A DNA stretch of 41,648 nucleotides from positions 1 through 41,648 of IMG/VR virus record IMGVR_UViG_3300040733_000021. The stretch is one strand, 5' to 3'. Of the stretch, positions 25,841 to 33,294 are shown piece by piece. The position numbers were made by a program, and so were the translations under genes. How positions within the stretch are numbered: position 1 is the first letter of the stretch; each line of letters starts with the position of its first letter. The notes under the pieces were generated by a model, which was not told where the DNA came from, made no database searches, and saw only the letters and a program-made list of their open reading frames with translations. The stretch is from a virus. Its lineage: Duplodnaviria; Caudoviricetes.

Positions 25841-27156
25841 AATCCCCCCAGAGGGTTGTAGTCGGTTTGAGCAGTGTGATACTCAGCCAGCGGATCAAAG
25901 GCAACCTGAGCGGTTGCCCCGCGTCCCCAGGCATCTCGAGGGTGAACCGGATAAGCGAAGGTTAACGCCAGGGCGTCGGCGATGTCAGGCGACTTGAGCC
26001 CCCGCGCCTTCATCGCCTCCTTGGACTCAATAGCGAACTTGCTCGTTTGCGTGCTGAACAGGTACTGAGGCGCGGCCAGATCGGCGATCAGCTCCGGCAT
26101 GTCGGGTATGGCCCCCTTGCTCTTCACCCACTGCGCAAGACTGTCCCACATCTCGGCCCGCTTGTTGGCGTACTTGGGATCAATGGGCCTGCCGCCAAAG
26201 TTGACCTCCTGCACGTCGTGCCCCAGCTGACGCAAGCGGTCGATGACGCCCTCGCCCCGTCCTGCATCCACGAACACGGCGTCAGGCCGCCATTCCGTGA
26301 TGGTCTTGGCCACCATTCCGGCCAAGTCCATGTTGCTGATGGAGGTAAACACCTGGGGAGAGAACGCCGCCAACCCCTGCCGCCTGAAGATCACCGACCT
26401 GTCGCCGCCGTACCGCGCCACGTCCACTCCGATGATCCGAGCAGCAAACGAGTATTCTTCCTCACGGTACTGGCGCTTTGCCGCCTTCACCGCCTCGTCC
26501 ATACCAATGAGCTGGTTGTCTCCCACCGCCAGACATTCGCCCTCCCAGATGTGGGCGTACGCTTCCGGCTCGCGCTGCTCCATATCGCGCCGCTCCCGGT
26601 CCAGCACCTCCGGAAACCATGGATTGTCGCGCCAGCCTATTTTCACCACCGTGGCGTCAGCGGGAGGATTCAGAACGAACCGCCGGAACGTGTCGTCTGT
26701 CTGAAGGTGCGGGTTGAACGACACCCATATTTCAGATCCTTCCTTGCGGATCGTGGGAATCAGCCGCTCCCAGGACTCGCGCGACACCTTTTCCGCCTCT
26801 TCCACCCAGCAGACGTCGAACCCTTCCGCCGACTTGATCTTGTTCGGGTCGGTCTTGAGCCCGGCAAAGACGAACACCGTACCGTTTTCCCCCCGGATCT
26901 CCTTCTCCAGCACGGTGTATGCCGCCGACAGTTCCAGCGCCTCAATCTGGTCGCGCAGCAGCTGATGCACCGATTCCTGGATGGAGTTCTGATATTCGCG
27001 GGCGCACATGATCCTGAGCGGCTTCCAGGTGCCGAGCAGGAGCAAGGCCCGAGCGAAGCCCCAGGATTTGGCTCCGCCCCTGCCGCCGTAGGCCACCTTG
27101 TAACGGCGCGGCTGGAACAGGAACTCCAGCTTTTCTGGAAACTTAATCTCGGCCAT
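25837..27156 (-). CDS. terL: Terminase large subunit (PBSX/XtmB-like)
   Basis: Walker A 'YGGRGGAKS', Walker B 'CWVEEAE', 'SFNP', nuclease motifs 'GVDVARYGGD' and 'SPDIADAL'. Confidence 0.95.
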   Translation of the reverse strand: MAEIKFPEKLEFLFQPRRYKVAYGGRGGAKSWGFARALLLLGTWKPLRIMCAREYQNSIQESVHQLLRDQIEALELSAAYTVLEKEIRGENGTVFVFAGLKTDPNKIKSAEGFDVCWVEEAEKVSRESWERLIPTIRKEGSEIWVSFNPHLQTDDTFRRFVLNPPADATVVKIGWRDNPWFPEVLDRERRDMEQREPEAYAHIWEGECLAVGDNQLIGMDEAVKAAKRQYREEEYSFAARIIGVDVARYGGDRSVIFRRQGLAAFSPQVFTSISNMDLAGMVAKTITEWRPDAVFVDAGRGEGVIDRLRQLGHDVQEVNFGGRPIDPKYANKRAEMWDSLAQWVKSKGAIPDMPELIADLAAPQYLFSTQTSKFAIESKEAMKARGLKSPDIADALALTFAYPVHPRDAWGRGATAQVAFDPLAEYHTAQTDYNPLGGL

Positions 27157-27439
27157 CGTCTTTGCCTATAAAGCGGATGACGAACTCAGTGGGGAGAGGC
27201 ACCCCATTGGCTCCGGTGTGCTCCATGGACTGAGTCGCCTTGCCGTAGCCCCGGTCGAGCAGCTCCTTTGCCGCCGCGATCCTGGCGGCGTCGTTGTCCG
27301 AGTTGCGCATGATCGCGGACAGAGTCTCCAGAGCCTTGGCGCTATACGTCTGCGCCAGCTCCTTGATCTCGGCGGTGCTTTTGTTGGGGATACCCTTTGG
27401 GCGTCCTTTCGGATTATTTGACTTCCCTTTGGGTGGCAC
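27143..27439 (-). CDS. terS: Terminase small subunit
   Basis: 'NPKGRPKG.PNK', 'ARIAAAKELLDRGYGKA.Q' motifs; immediately upstream of terL; GTG start. Confidence 0.8.
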   Translation of the reverse strand: MPPKGKSNNPKGRPKGIPNKSTAEIKELAQTYSAKALETLSAIMRNSDNDAARIAAAKELLDRGYGKATQSMEHTGANGVPLPTEFVIRFIGKDDGRD

Positions 27440-27469
27440 TCTTGTAAGTCCTTGTTGTTTTCAAAACGC

Positions 27470-27501
27470 AAAAAGGCCCGAGGTGTTGAGCCCCAGGCCT
27501 T
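27470..27501 (-). terminator. Intrinsic terminator upstream of terS
   Basis: Minus strand AAGGCCTGGGG-CTCAACA-CCTCGGGCC-TTTTT: a stem with G-U pairs followed by a U-tract. Confidence 0.6.
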
Positions 27502-27557
27502 AAAGTTATGGTTGAAGTTTCCGATAGCATGAGCCATCGGTAGCAGGGTTTTATGGA

Positions 27558-27776
27558 CTATTCAATGTCATGTGCAACGAAATCGTTATCCAGCTGGTAC
27601 TGTTCCACCGACTCCATGTAGACGTACTTCATGCGTCCGATCCTGAACCCGGCCAGTCTGCCGTCATCAATCATGCGATGTACGGTTGCTTTGTCGCACC
27701 CCAGGAGTGAGGCCACCACAGATACGCGCCGGGCTTTTTTGAGGGTGTTCAACGCAACCTCCCTTGAGTCTATCAA
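27558..27776 (-). CDS. Excisionase/MerR-like winged-helix DNA-binding protein
   Basis: 'VSVVASLLGCDKATVHRMIDDGRLAGFRIGR..YV' HTH_17 pattern; start codon uncertain. Confidence 0.75.
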   Translation of the reverse strand: MIDSREVALNTLKKARRVSVVASLLGCDKATVHRMIDDGRLAGFRIGRMKYVYMESVEQYQLDNDFVAHDIE

Positions 27777-27779
27777 ACG

Positions 27780-28175
27780 TCAGTACCCCAATCCCTTCAG
27801 GTATAAAATGGCATCTTCAAAACCGCGTGCTATTTTTACCGCCCATCCCGCGTTTTCCAGATGACCCAACCAATCCTTTTGTTCCATCGACACAACTCCG
27901 CCAGAACGTCGTTTTAATTCAACCGCAACCCCGACGATTCCTGGGATGTTTGGCGGGGGATCGAAGATCAGCACATCCGGGACTCCCCGCTTGACTCCAT
28001 GACTCTTCAGCCTGGCCGCCACCCGGATGTCTCGGTCCCCGCCGTTCGGGACATGGCACCAGCGCACCCGGCGCAGGTCCAGCCAGCGGGCCAGAGCCGC
28101 CTGCTCGTCGTCTTCTTTGGGGACCGGAGCGACCAGGCGGAAGGGCTTTGTTGATGTTTTTTTACCTTTGTTCAA
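27780..28175 (-). CDS. VRR-NUC domain nuclease (resolvase-like)
   Basis: 'HVPNGG', 'GV..GVPD', 'VELK...G..S.EQ..W' motifs; start codon uncertain. Confidence 0.85.
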   Translation of the reverse strand: MNKGKKTSTKPFRLVAPVPKEDDEQAALARWLDLRRVRWCHVPNGGDRDIRVAARLKSHGVKRGVPDVLIFDPPPNIPGIVGVAVELKRRSGGVVSMEQKDWLGHLENAGWAVKIARGFEDAILYLKGLGY

Positions 28176-28280
28176 TTTTTGGCCTTTTGAGCTGGTTTGT
28201 TTTGCAAACCCTTATCAGGGTATGGGTTTGATGTTTTAATTGCCCTGAGTATGGCATTTTGTTCGTTTTAAGCCATATCG

Positions 28281-28640
28281 TCATGCAGTGCCCCACCGGG
28301 AAAAACCGGCTAACAGCGCGTCAAGCCGTTTTGCGGCCTCCTCGTGCTGCGTTTCCGTGAACTCGGCCAGGGCTGGGCGCGACAGATCCGCCACCAGGCG
28401 GGGAGGGCTCCAGCGCCGTCCCAGCTCCAGCAGGCGCGGGATCTTGGGAAAGCGCTCGTCCAGCTTCAGCGACTGGCGCGCCGCCAGTTCGAACGCCTCC
28501 ATGCAGATTTCGCCCTTGATTGCCTCGTGGTAGATCGCCGTCTGCTCCCGGTCCGGTTGTAGCCCGTGCGCCTTGTAGAGCGCTGCCATTGCCGCGGCAA
28601 AGCGCTTCTTGGCCTCCTTCGAATCGTCGATCATCGTCAT
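28281..28640 (-). CDS. Putative helicase loader/inhibitor (G39P-like or lambda-P-position protein)
   Basis: Follows the replication initiator; 'F.AAM..L...Y.EA....E.F..A.......FPKI..L' pattern; RBS GGGGGTGA. Confidence 0.55.
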   Translation of the reverse strand: MTMIDDSKEAKKRFAAAMAALYKAHGLQPDREQTAIYHEAIKGEICMEAFELAARQSLKLDERFPKIPRLLELGRRWSPPRLVADLSRPALAEFTETQHEEAAKRLDALLAGFSRWGTA

Positions 28641-29490
28641 CTTCACCCCCGTTGATAAACGCGTTCAGCTCACGCTCCGCCGTCTCCCGCCACCGATCCG
28701 GGTAGCTCTGGGGAGAGGCGCGGGACTTGCCTGGGCCGTTGCCTCTCAGCACCCCCTCGACGTAAGCCAGGTTGGTGATGCCCCTCGCTGCCGCCGTCTG
28801 GAACGCCTCGCGGATCGCCGGGGCCGTGAACTCGCAGCAGAGCTTTCCCGCCAGCGGCTCGCATCCTCCCGGCATGACCTGGCCGAAAGCCTCGTTGAAG
28901 AGAAACCGGACATCGGTCGTCGTCATCCTCCTCCTCGCCGTTTGCGGAGTGGCCTCGCGCGTCTGAGTTGGCATCTCCTCAGAAGCAGAAGAAGAGGAAG
29001 AAGGGGGTTTAGGTTTTATCTTTTCCTTTTCCTTCTCCCTTCCCTTCCCTTCCCTTCCGTCAGTGAGTCCTCCGTGAGTGTTCAGTGAGGGCTCAGTGAG
29101 TCCTCCGTGAGTGTTCAGTGAGGGCTCAGTGAGTCCTCCGTGAGTGTTCAGTGAGGGCTCGTGTGTTTTTTGAGGCTGTGGCAGCTTCGTTTTTGACGGC
29201 CTGTTTATGTTCTGGTGCTTGGTAAATCCACGAACATTCAAGAACTTTGACCCATCAACCTCGTATTCAACAAGCAGGCCGTTGTTGATGAGTTCCAAAA
29301 CCAATGGCTCGACATCAAAACAATCGGCGGGGAAAATCTTCATTTTCATTTGCTTCGTTGACCGCTCAATGTTGCCGTTGTCATCGGCAAAATTCCAAAT
29401 CCCGATGAACAACAGACGAGCACACACTGAGCATTCGGTTACTGCCTCATCCGTCCAAAATTCCGGCTTGATCGTCCTGATTCTTGCCAT
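28321..29490 (-). CDS. Phage replication initiator with internal iterons and DnaD-like C-terminal domain
   Basis: 'MARIRTIKPEFW..RLLFIGIWNFADDNG..F.KHQ.INRP' N-terminal domain; tandem repeats; 'GITNLAYVEGVL' DnaD-like motif. Confidence 0.85.
   Translation of the reverse strand: MARIRTIKPEFWTDEAVTECSVCARLLFIGIWNFADDNGNIERSTKQMKMKIFPADCFDVEPLVLELINNGLLVEYEVDGSKFLNVRGFTKHQNINRPSKTKLPQPQKTHEPSLNTHGGLTEPSLNTHGGLTEPSLNTHGGLTDGREGKGREKEKEKIKPKPPSSSSSASEEMPTQTREATPQTARRRMTTTDVRFLFNEAFGQVMPGGCEPLAGKLCCEFTAPAIREAFQTAAARGITNLAYVEGVLRGNGPGKSRASPQSYPDRWRETAERELNAFINGGEDDDDRRFEGGQEALCRGNGSALQGARATTGPGADGDLPRGNQGRNLHGGVRTGGAPVAEAGRALSQDPAPAGAGTALEPSPPGGGSVAPSPGRVHGNAARGGRKTA
29061..29159. repeat. 3 x 33-bp perfect tandem repeat (nine 11-bp GTGAG-cored units); putative replication-origin iterons
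   Basis: (CAGTGAGTCCTCCGTGAGTGTTCAGTGAGGGCT)x3, encoding (EPSLNTHGGLT)x3, flanked by a polypyrimidine tract at 29020-29058. Confidence 0.85.
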
Positions 29491-29562
29491 ACGCTCCCGC
29501 CCTTTTTAAGCAATTACAAACGATGTTTTACTTTGTCTCGAAATAACCCGGTTAAGCGCTCG

Positions 29563-30039
29563 TCAGACTGACACCCCCATAGCATCGGCGCAGTACTGCA
29601 TGATGGTAGCCGGATTGAGCGCCGGGCTGGCGGGATGGTCCCGCTTTACCAACGCCTCGGTATAGATGGCCCTCAAGGCAGACTCCAGCACCTTCACCCT
29701 GCTGCAATACTCGGCATCATCTCCGGCCAGCTTGCGCATGGTCCCGTCCCAGGCAGCGGAAACAAAATCAAGAATCTCGTCATCTATCGCGGAGCCACAT
29801 CCTGCGTACATGTCAAGCACCGCCTGCTTGACCTTGTCGGCCTTCCTCGCCACACGCTTGTGCTCCGGCACGAGCTGCTGATATCCGTGGATTGCCATGA
29901 CTGCCAGGCTTCCAACGGCGCTGACCAGCTGCTCCTCGGTCATATCATCTGAAAGCTGAATAGGTGGGGTTGTGTAAGGCTGGTAGGTTACGCGTCCTGA
30001 AGGCGAGATGTTGCGAGTGAAGAGGCTTGGTGAGTCCAT
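29563..30039 (-). CDS. Hypothetical protein (158 aa)
   Basis: RBS GGAAGG; operon spacing. Confidence 0.65.
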   Translation of the reverse strand: MDSPSLFTRNISPSGRVTYQPYTTPPIQLSDDMTEEQLVSAVGSLAVMAIHGYQQLVPEHKRVARKADKVKQAVLDMYAGCGSAIDDEILDFVSAAWDGTMRKLAGDDAEYCSRVKVLESALRAIYTEALVKRDHPASPALNPATIMQYCADAMGVSV

Positions 30040-30043
30040 ATCG

Positions 30044-30397
30044 TTACCTTCCTGTTGTTATTGGTTTTTGCGCCCTCAGCAGCAGCTCCAGCCGCGCGAG
30101 GGCGTTCCAGGCGGCGTGGGCGGCGTGACTCAGGCCAGATTCCGGGTCGTTACTTTCTCCTGTGGCCTCCAACATGAGATGACGATACATGGCGTCGGTG
30201 TAGCGCCGCTGTCCATCACAGACCTGCATCCAGCCGTTGTCAGTGTATTTGCGCGCGCCGTAGGTTCCGATCTCTCCGACGGCCACGAGCGCCCGGGGGA
30301 ATCCGTGCATTACCAGGCCGAGACGGACCTTTTCGGCGTCCAGTTTGGATCCGGGATCGTGGGCCGCGAGTCCGTTGGGGTCGTGGTGATTTTTCAT
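30044..30397 (-). CDS. dATP/dGTP diphosphohydrolase domain protein (DUF5664-like)
   Basis: 'K.DAEK.R..L', 'YGARKY...GW', 'RY.DA..RH', 'DPESGL.H.AHAAWNAL' motifs. Confidence 0.85.
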   Translation of the reverse strand: MKNHHDPNGLAAHDPGSKLDAEKVRLGLVMHGFPRALVAVGEIGTYGARKYTDNGWMQVCDGQRRYTDAMYRHLMLEATGESNDPESGLSHAAHAAWNALARLELLLRAQKPITTGR

Positions 30398-30591
30398 TTC
30401 TCTACCTCCACTTCGTTCATAATACCCTGCGCCTCAGCCAGCAGTTGTCGCAGATCCTGGAGGGCGCAGCGCAGGTTGACGTTCTCATGGATCAGGTTCC
30501 CGGAGACCCGGTGGGCGTGATCCAGCGCCCGCTGCTGCTCGTCGATCCTGGTTTTCAGCCGCTCCACCTGGCGGCGCTCGGCGGCGGTCAT
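30394..30591 (-). CDS. Small coiled-coil hypothetical protein
   Basis: ATGA overlaps on both sides. Confidence 0.6.
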   Translation of the reverse strand: MTAAERRQVERLKTRIDEQQRALDHAHRVSGNLIHENVNLRCALQDLRQLLAEAQGIMNEVEVEK

Positions 30592-31415
30592 GGGTTCACC
30601 TTTCCGGACTTGGACGCAGCAATTGATGGCCTCGCCCACTGCCTGCTCCATTTCTGCCATACCGGATCACGCCGCCCCGCATTGTCCCGGTACAGCATCG
30701 CCATCGGCAGGAATCCAGCGTCAAGGGTCTGCTGCATCCGTTTTGCTGCCGCCTCGATAGTATCCGCCGGCCAGCCGCACAGAACGTATGCCCGGAGCAC
30801 ATGACTCGCCGTGGTGAACCCGGAAGCCAGCATCATCTGCCCTGCCCGTTGCAGCGGTTCCAGATCGTCGGGGGTGTCGTTGGCGAAAAACACCTGTTTT
30901 GGTTTCAGCGCCCGGAGAGCATCAACGTGCCACTGCTCAAGGCGCTTCGCTTCCAAGCCGCCCGTGAATTGCACCCGGCCATTCCGTTTCTGCCCGGCCA
31001 ACATCGCAAACACGGCCCGCTGATGATCCTCAGAACATGCCAGCAGGTTATCATCCAGCACGTTCCAGCCTCCTGTAATCGGTAGTTCTCGGATGGTTCC
31101 CTCTCGTTTTGGAACGGAGCAAAACCAGCAGGAGTTCGGGCAGCCCCGAGAAGTCAGAACGTAGCCGTTCTTGACATATCGCCCCGGTACAAAATCCCCG
31201 CCGCGTTCTCCCGTAGCAGGGCCGCCTATCGTGACTGGAGCTACACATGACCACGCAGCGGATAACTTCTCGGCCAGAGGCAAATCCCAGGTGAACGCAA
31301 CAGACACATGTACCTCGTCGGCCTCGTCGAACAGCCCCGGCGGCGTGCCAATCCTCACCAGATCATCATCCGGAGTGGCAGCTGTTTTCCGGGGAAATAC
31401 CCTGATGATTCTCAT
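30588..31415 (-). CDS. Radical SAM protein
   Basis: CxxxCxxC in 'TSRGCPNSCWFCSVP', 'LDDNLLA', N-terminal 'IGGPA'; RBS GGGAGG before ATG 31415. Confidence 0.88.
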   Translation of the reverse strand: MRIIRVFPRKTAATPDDDLVRIGTPPGLFDEADEVHVSVAFTWDLPLAEKLSAAWSCVAPVTIGGPATGERGGDFVPGRYVKNGYVLTSRGCPNSCWFCSVPKREGTIRELPITGGWNVLDDNLLACSEDHQRAVFAMLAGQKRNGRVQFTGGLEAKRLEQWHVDALRALKPKQVFFANDTPDDLEPLQRAGQMMLASGFTTASHVLRAYVLCGWPADTIEAAAKRMQQTLDAGFLPMAMLYRDNAGRRDPVWQKWSRQWARPSIAASKSGKVNP

Positions 31416-31417
31416 GC

Positions 31418-31597
31418 TCAATACCTCCCCGCCAGGCTGATGATCTTCTCGGCATTGGACGGGCTCAGGGTCTGGCCAAGCGTAAGGCGGTCGTGCATGT
31501 CGCCGACGAAGCGTCGGGCCCAGGCATCGCTGATATCGCCGGATCGGACCAGGGAGAGCAGGCGGTCAACCTCGGTGCGGATGTGGGTTGGGGTCAT
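31418..31597 (-). CDS. Hypothetical protein (59 aa, below the ORF-track cutoff)
   Basis: MTPTHIRTEVDRLL...LAGRY; ATGA coupling upstream and abuts the radical SAM start. Confidence 0.6.
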   Translation of the reverse strand: MTPTHIRTEVDRLLSLVRSGDISDAWARRFVGDMHDRLTLGQTLSPSNAEKIISLAGRY

Positions 31598-31971
31598 GGG
31601 GTGACCTCAACATTGGCCACCGGAGAGTCCATGGGATGAATCTTTCCTACCGTCTGAATCGGGGTCCACCATCTAGCTTTTGCCCGAGGAACACTAATCC
31701 GATGCATTGATGTATTCATGAACGTTTCGTTGCGCTCAGAGTAAATAGTCACGAAACATGAGATACTGTGTCTCGTCTTTGGCTCACCAACCACAAGACA
31801 CATTTGAAAGTCTTTTGGGGCTCGTTTCTGTGCATCGACCCACTTCATAACTGGCTGACACTGCCCAAGGAGTACCCCCGCATCAAACGCAGCCTCCAGG
31901 TCGATGGCGTTGTAGAGCATCAGCTCCCCACCGTCGCGCTCGTAGTCCTCAAACCAATCTCCGAAAGTCAT
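31594..31971 (-). CDS. Hypothetical protein with DUF551-like C-terminal part
   Basis: 'KWVDAQKRAP....CLV...WWTPI' pattern; ATGA coupling. Confidence 0.55.
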   Translation of the reverse strand: MTFGDWFEDYERDGGELMLYNAIDLEAAFDAGVLLGQCQPVMKWVDAQKRAPKDFQMCLVVGEPKTRHSISCFVTIYSERNETFMNTSMHRISVPRAKARWWTPIQTVGKIHPMDSPVANVEVTP

Positions 31972-32168
31972 CTCTCCACCTCCGGCGGATCGGGCAGTTG
32001 CATCCAGTGGGTGACCTGATCGGCCCTATACTCCAGGCCGTTATCATCAATCCAGCTGTCCCCGTCCTTGCTGCCCACGAACACCGGGTCGAACCCGTCC
32101 GGAGCGTAGAGCAATACCGTGGTGTCATCGTCTGATAATGTCTCATTTGCTGATATCCATGTGCTCAT
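31968..32168 (-). CDS. DUF551-family protein
   Basis: 'WIS..E.L..VLL...VTHWMQLPDPP' signature. Confidence 0.8.
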   Translation of the reverse strand: MSTWISANETLSDDDTTVLLYAPDGFDPVFVGSKDGDSWIDDNGLEYRADQVTHWMQLPDPPEVER

Positions 32169-32468
32169 TTAACCCTCCATCGCTGCCGACGGTATGCCAG
32201 CAGGAAAATCATCTTTAATTCTGGAGTCCACCCTATCGGGAAGGCCCCGCCAAAAATCCCTGTTACGCTCCATTGCAATTTCGGCCTCTAGCATCACCTG
32301 GCGGGGCACGGCTCTTCGCCCTGTCGTGTACCCCTGATACGTCGATTTTTTCAGCCCCAGGATCTGGGACATGTCCCGGAGCGAAAACCCCATTTCGCGC
32401 TGGATCTCAACCAGCCGCATACGATTTGCGTTGTTTTTGTCTGTATCAGCTGTTTTCGTGTGCGCCAC
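32169..32468 (-). CDS. XRE-type HTH protein
   Basis: 'GFSLRDMSQILGLKKSTYQGYTTGRRAVP' helix-turn-helix. Confidence 0.75.
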   Translation of the reverse strand: MAHTKTADTDKNNANRMRLVEIQREMGFSLRDMSQILGLKKSTYQGYTTGRRAVPRQVMLEAEIAMERNRDFWRGLPDRVDSRIKDDFPAGIPSAAMEG

Positions 32469-32664
32469 GTCGCCCCTTCCGTTCCCAGCTCAGTATTTCA
32501 TCAGGTCTCAGCAAACGGGGCTTACCGTGGCACCAGACGCCGATATTACTGACCATGTTGCCGTTGATAATGGTATCTACCCGCCTGCTGACGCTGATGT
32601 GGTCATCGTTGTAAAAGCTCACCCTGTCGCCAGGCCGGATACTGTCGGCGTCAATCCCGCTCAT
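32446..32664 (-). CDS. Hypothetical protein (72 aa)
   Basis: ATGA coupling to the upstream gene. Confidence 0.55.
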   Translation of the reverse strand: MSGIDADSIRPGDRVSFYNDDHISVSRRVDTIINGNMVSNIGVWCHGKPRLLRPDEILSWERKGRRGAHENS

Positions 32665-32894
32665 GTTTCCACCCGCTGCTGTTCTTCCCAATAGAGTCGA
32701 TCCATGGTCGCCATGAACAACGGCATGACTTTGCTTTCGTCGCCATGAAAACCGTTATAGTCAAAGGCCTTTCCTACTGAACCAGAGTCGCGTGTGTGAT
32801 TTATCAGCAATCCGATACCCAGCGCCTCGGATGTGATTTTCATTGCCTCCGGTATCAGCCTGTGACGCGCTTTGATGTATTCCAGGTCTTGCAT
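32661..32894 (-). CDS. Hypothetical protein (77 aa)
   Basis: Strong RBS AAAGGAG. Confidence 0.65.
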   Translation of the reverse strand: MQDLEYIKARHRLIPEAMKITSEALGIGLLINHTRDSGSVGKAFDYNGFHGDESKVMPLFMATMDRLYWEEQQRVET

Positions 32895-32934
32895 AACGTC
32901 TCCTTTGTGGTTTTAAAATCTTCCCCCAGCCCGC

Positions 32935-33002
32935 GCACAGACGAACACGGGCCAGGGGAGCATCGGACCGGAGCAGGAGGTATGGCCCCGGCGTATCTGC
33001 GC
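32935..33002 (-). ncRNA. Candidate structured intergenic RNA element
   Basis: 18-bp interrupted stem closing a 28-nt pyrimidine-rich loop that contains ACCTCCT; G-U pairs favour the minus strand. Confidence 0.35.
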
Positions 33003-33008
33003 CGACGC

Positions 33009-33221
33009 TTATTTCGGTTGAAGTGGCATCTTCTCCAATTCGGACGCAACCCACCGGAGGTAATCAGCGCACTCCTTGGCGCTCCTCCAGCGGTTGAGGT
33101 GATTGATTTCCACCTTCAAATATTTGCGGGGTTGCTCGTCCTCGACCGTCACGGAAAAGCTTTGATAGGTTTCCGCCGAGTCTCCGCGCTCCGCAACATA
33201 TAGTGATTCAATGAGTTTCAC
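33009..33221 (-). CDS. Hypothetical protein (70 aa)
   Basis: RBS AAGGAGG; GTG start. Confidence 0.65.
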   Translation of the reverse strand: MKLIESLYVAERGDSAETYQSFSVTVEDEQPRKYLKVEINHLNRWRSAKECADYLRWVASELEKMPLQPK

Positions 33222-33294
33222 TGTTCCTCCTTCTTGGATTGCACCATCAGGAGAATATCGTTCAGGTACTGCTCCGGCTTGTCTTCGAGGTCGA

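Noticed and set aside
5305-27171. Many long plus-strand ORFs opposite structural genes (for example 6814-7932, 26047-27171)
   Set aside because: Typical GC-rich shadow frames without RBS, operon context or protein-like composition.
28162-28284. Possible 40-aa ORF and CAAACCC/GGGTTTG inverted repeat between the loader and VRR-NUC genes
   Set aside because: No recognisable motif and weak support; could be only an AT-rich spacer.
29061-29159. CRISPR-like array
   Set aside because: The repeats are directly adjacent with no spacers, lie in frame within a gene, and no cas genes are present.
30044-30397. 2-aminoadenine (Z) genome pathway
   Set aside because: No PurZ, no HD-family dATPase and no phage DNA polymerase in the window.
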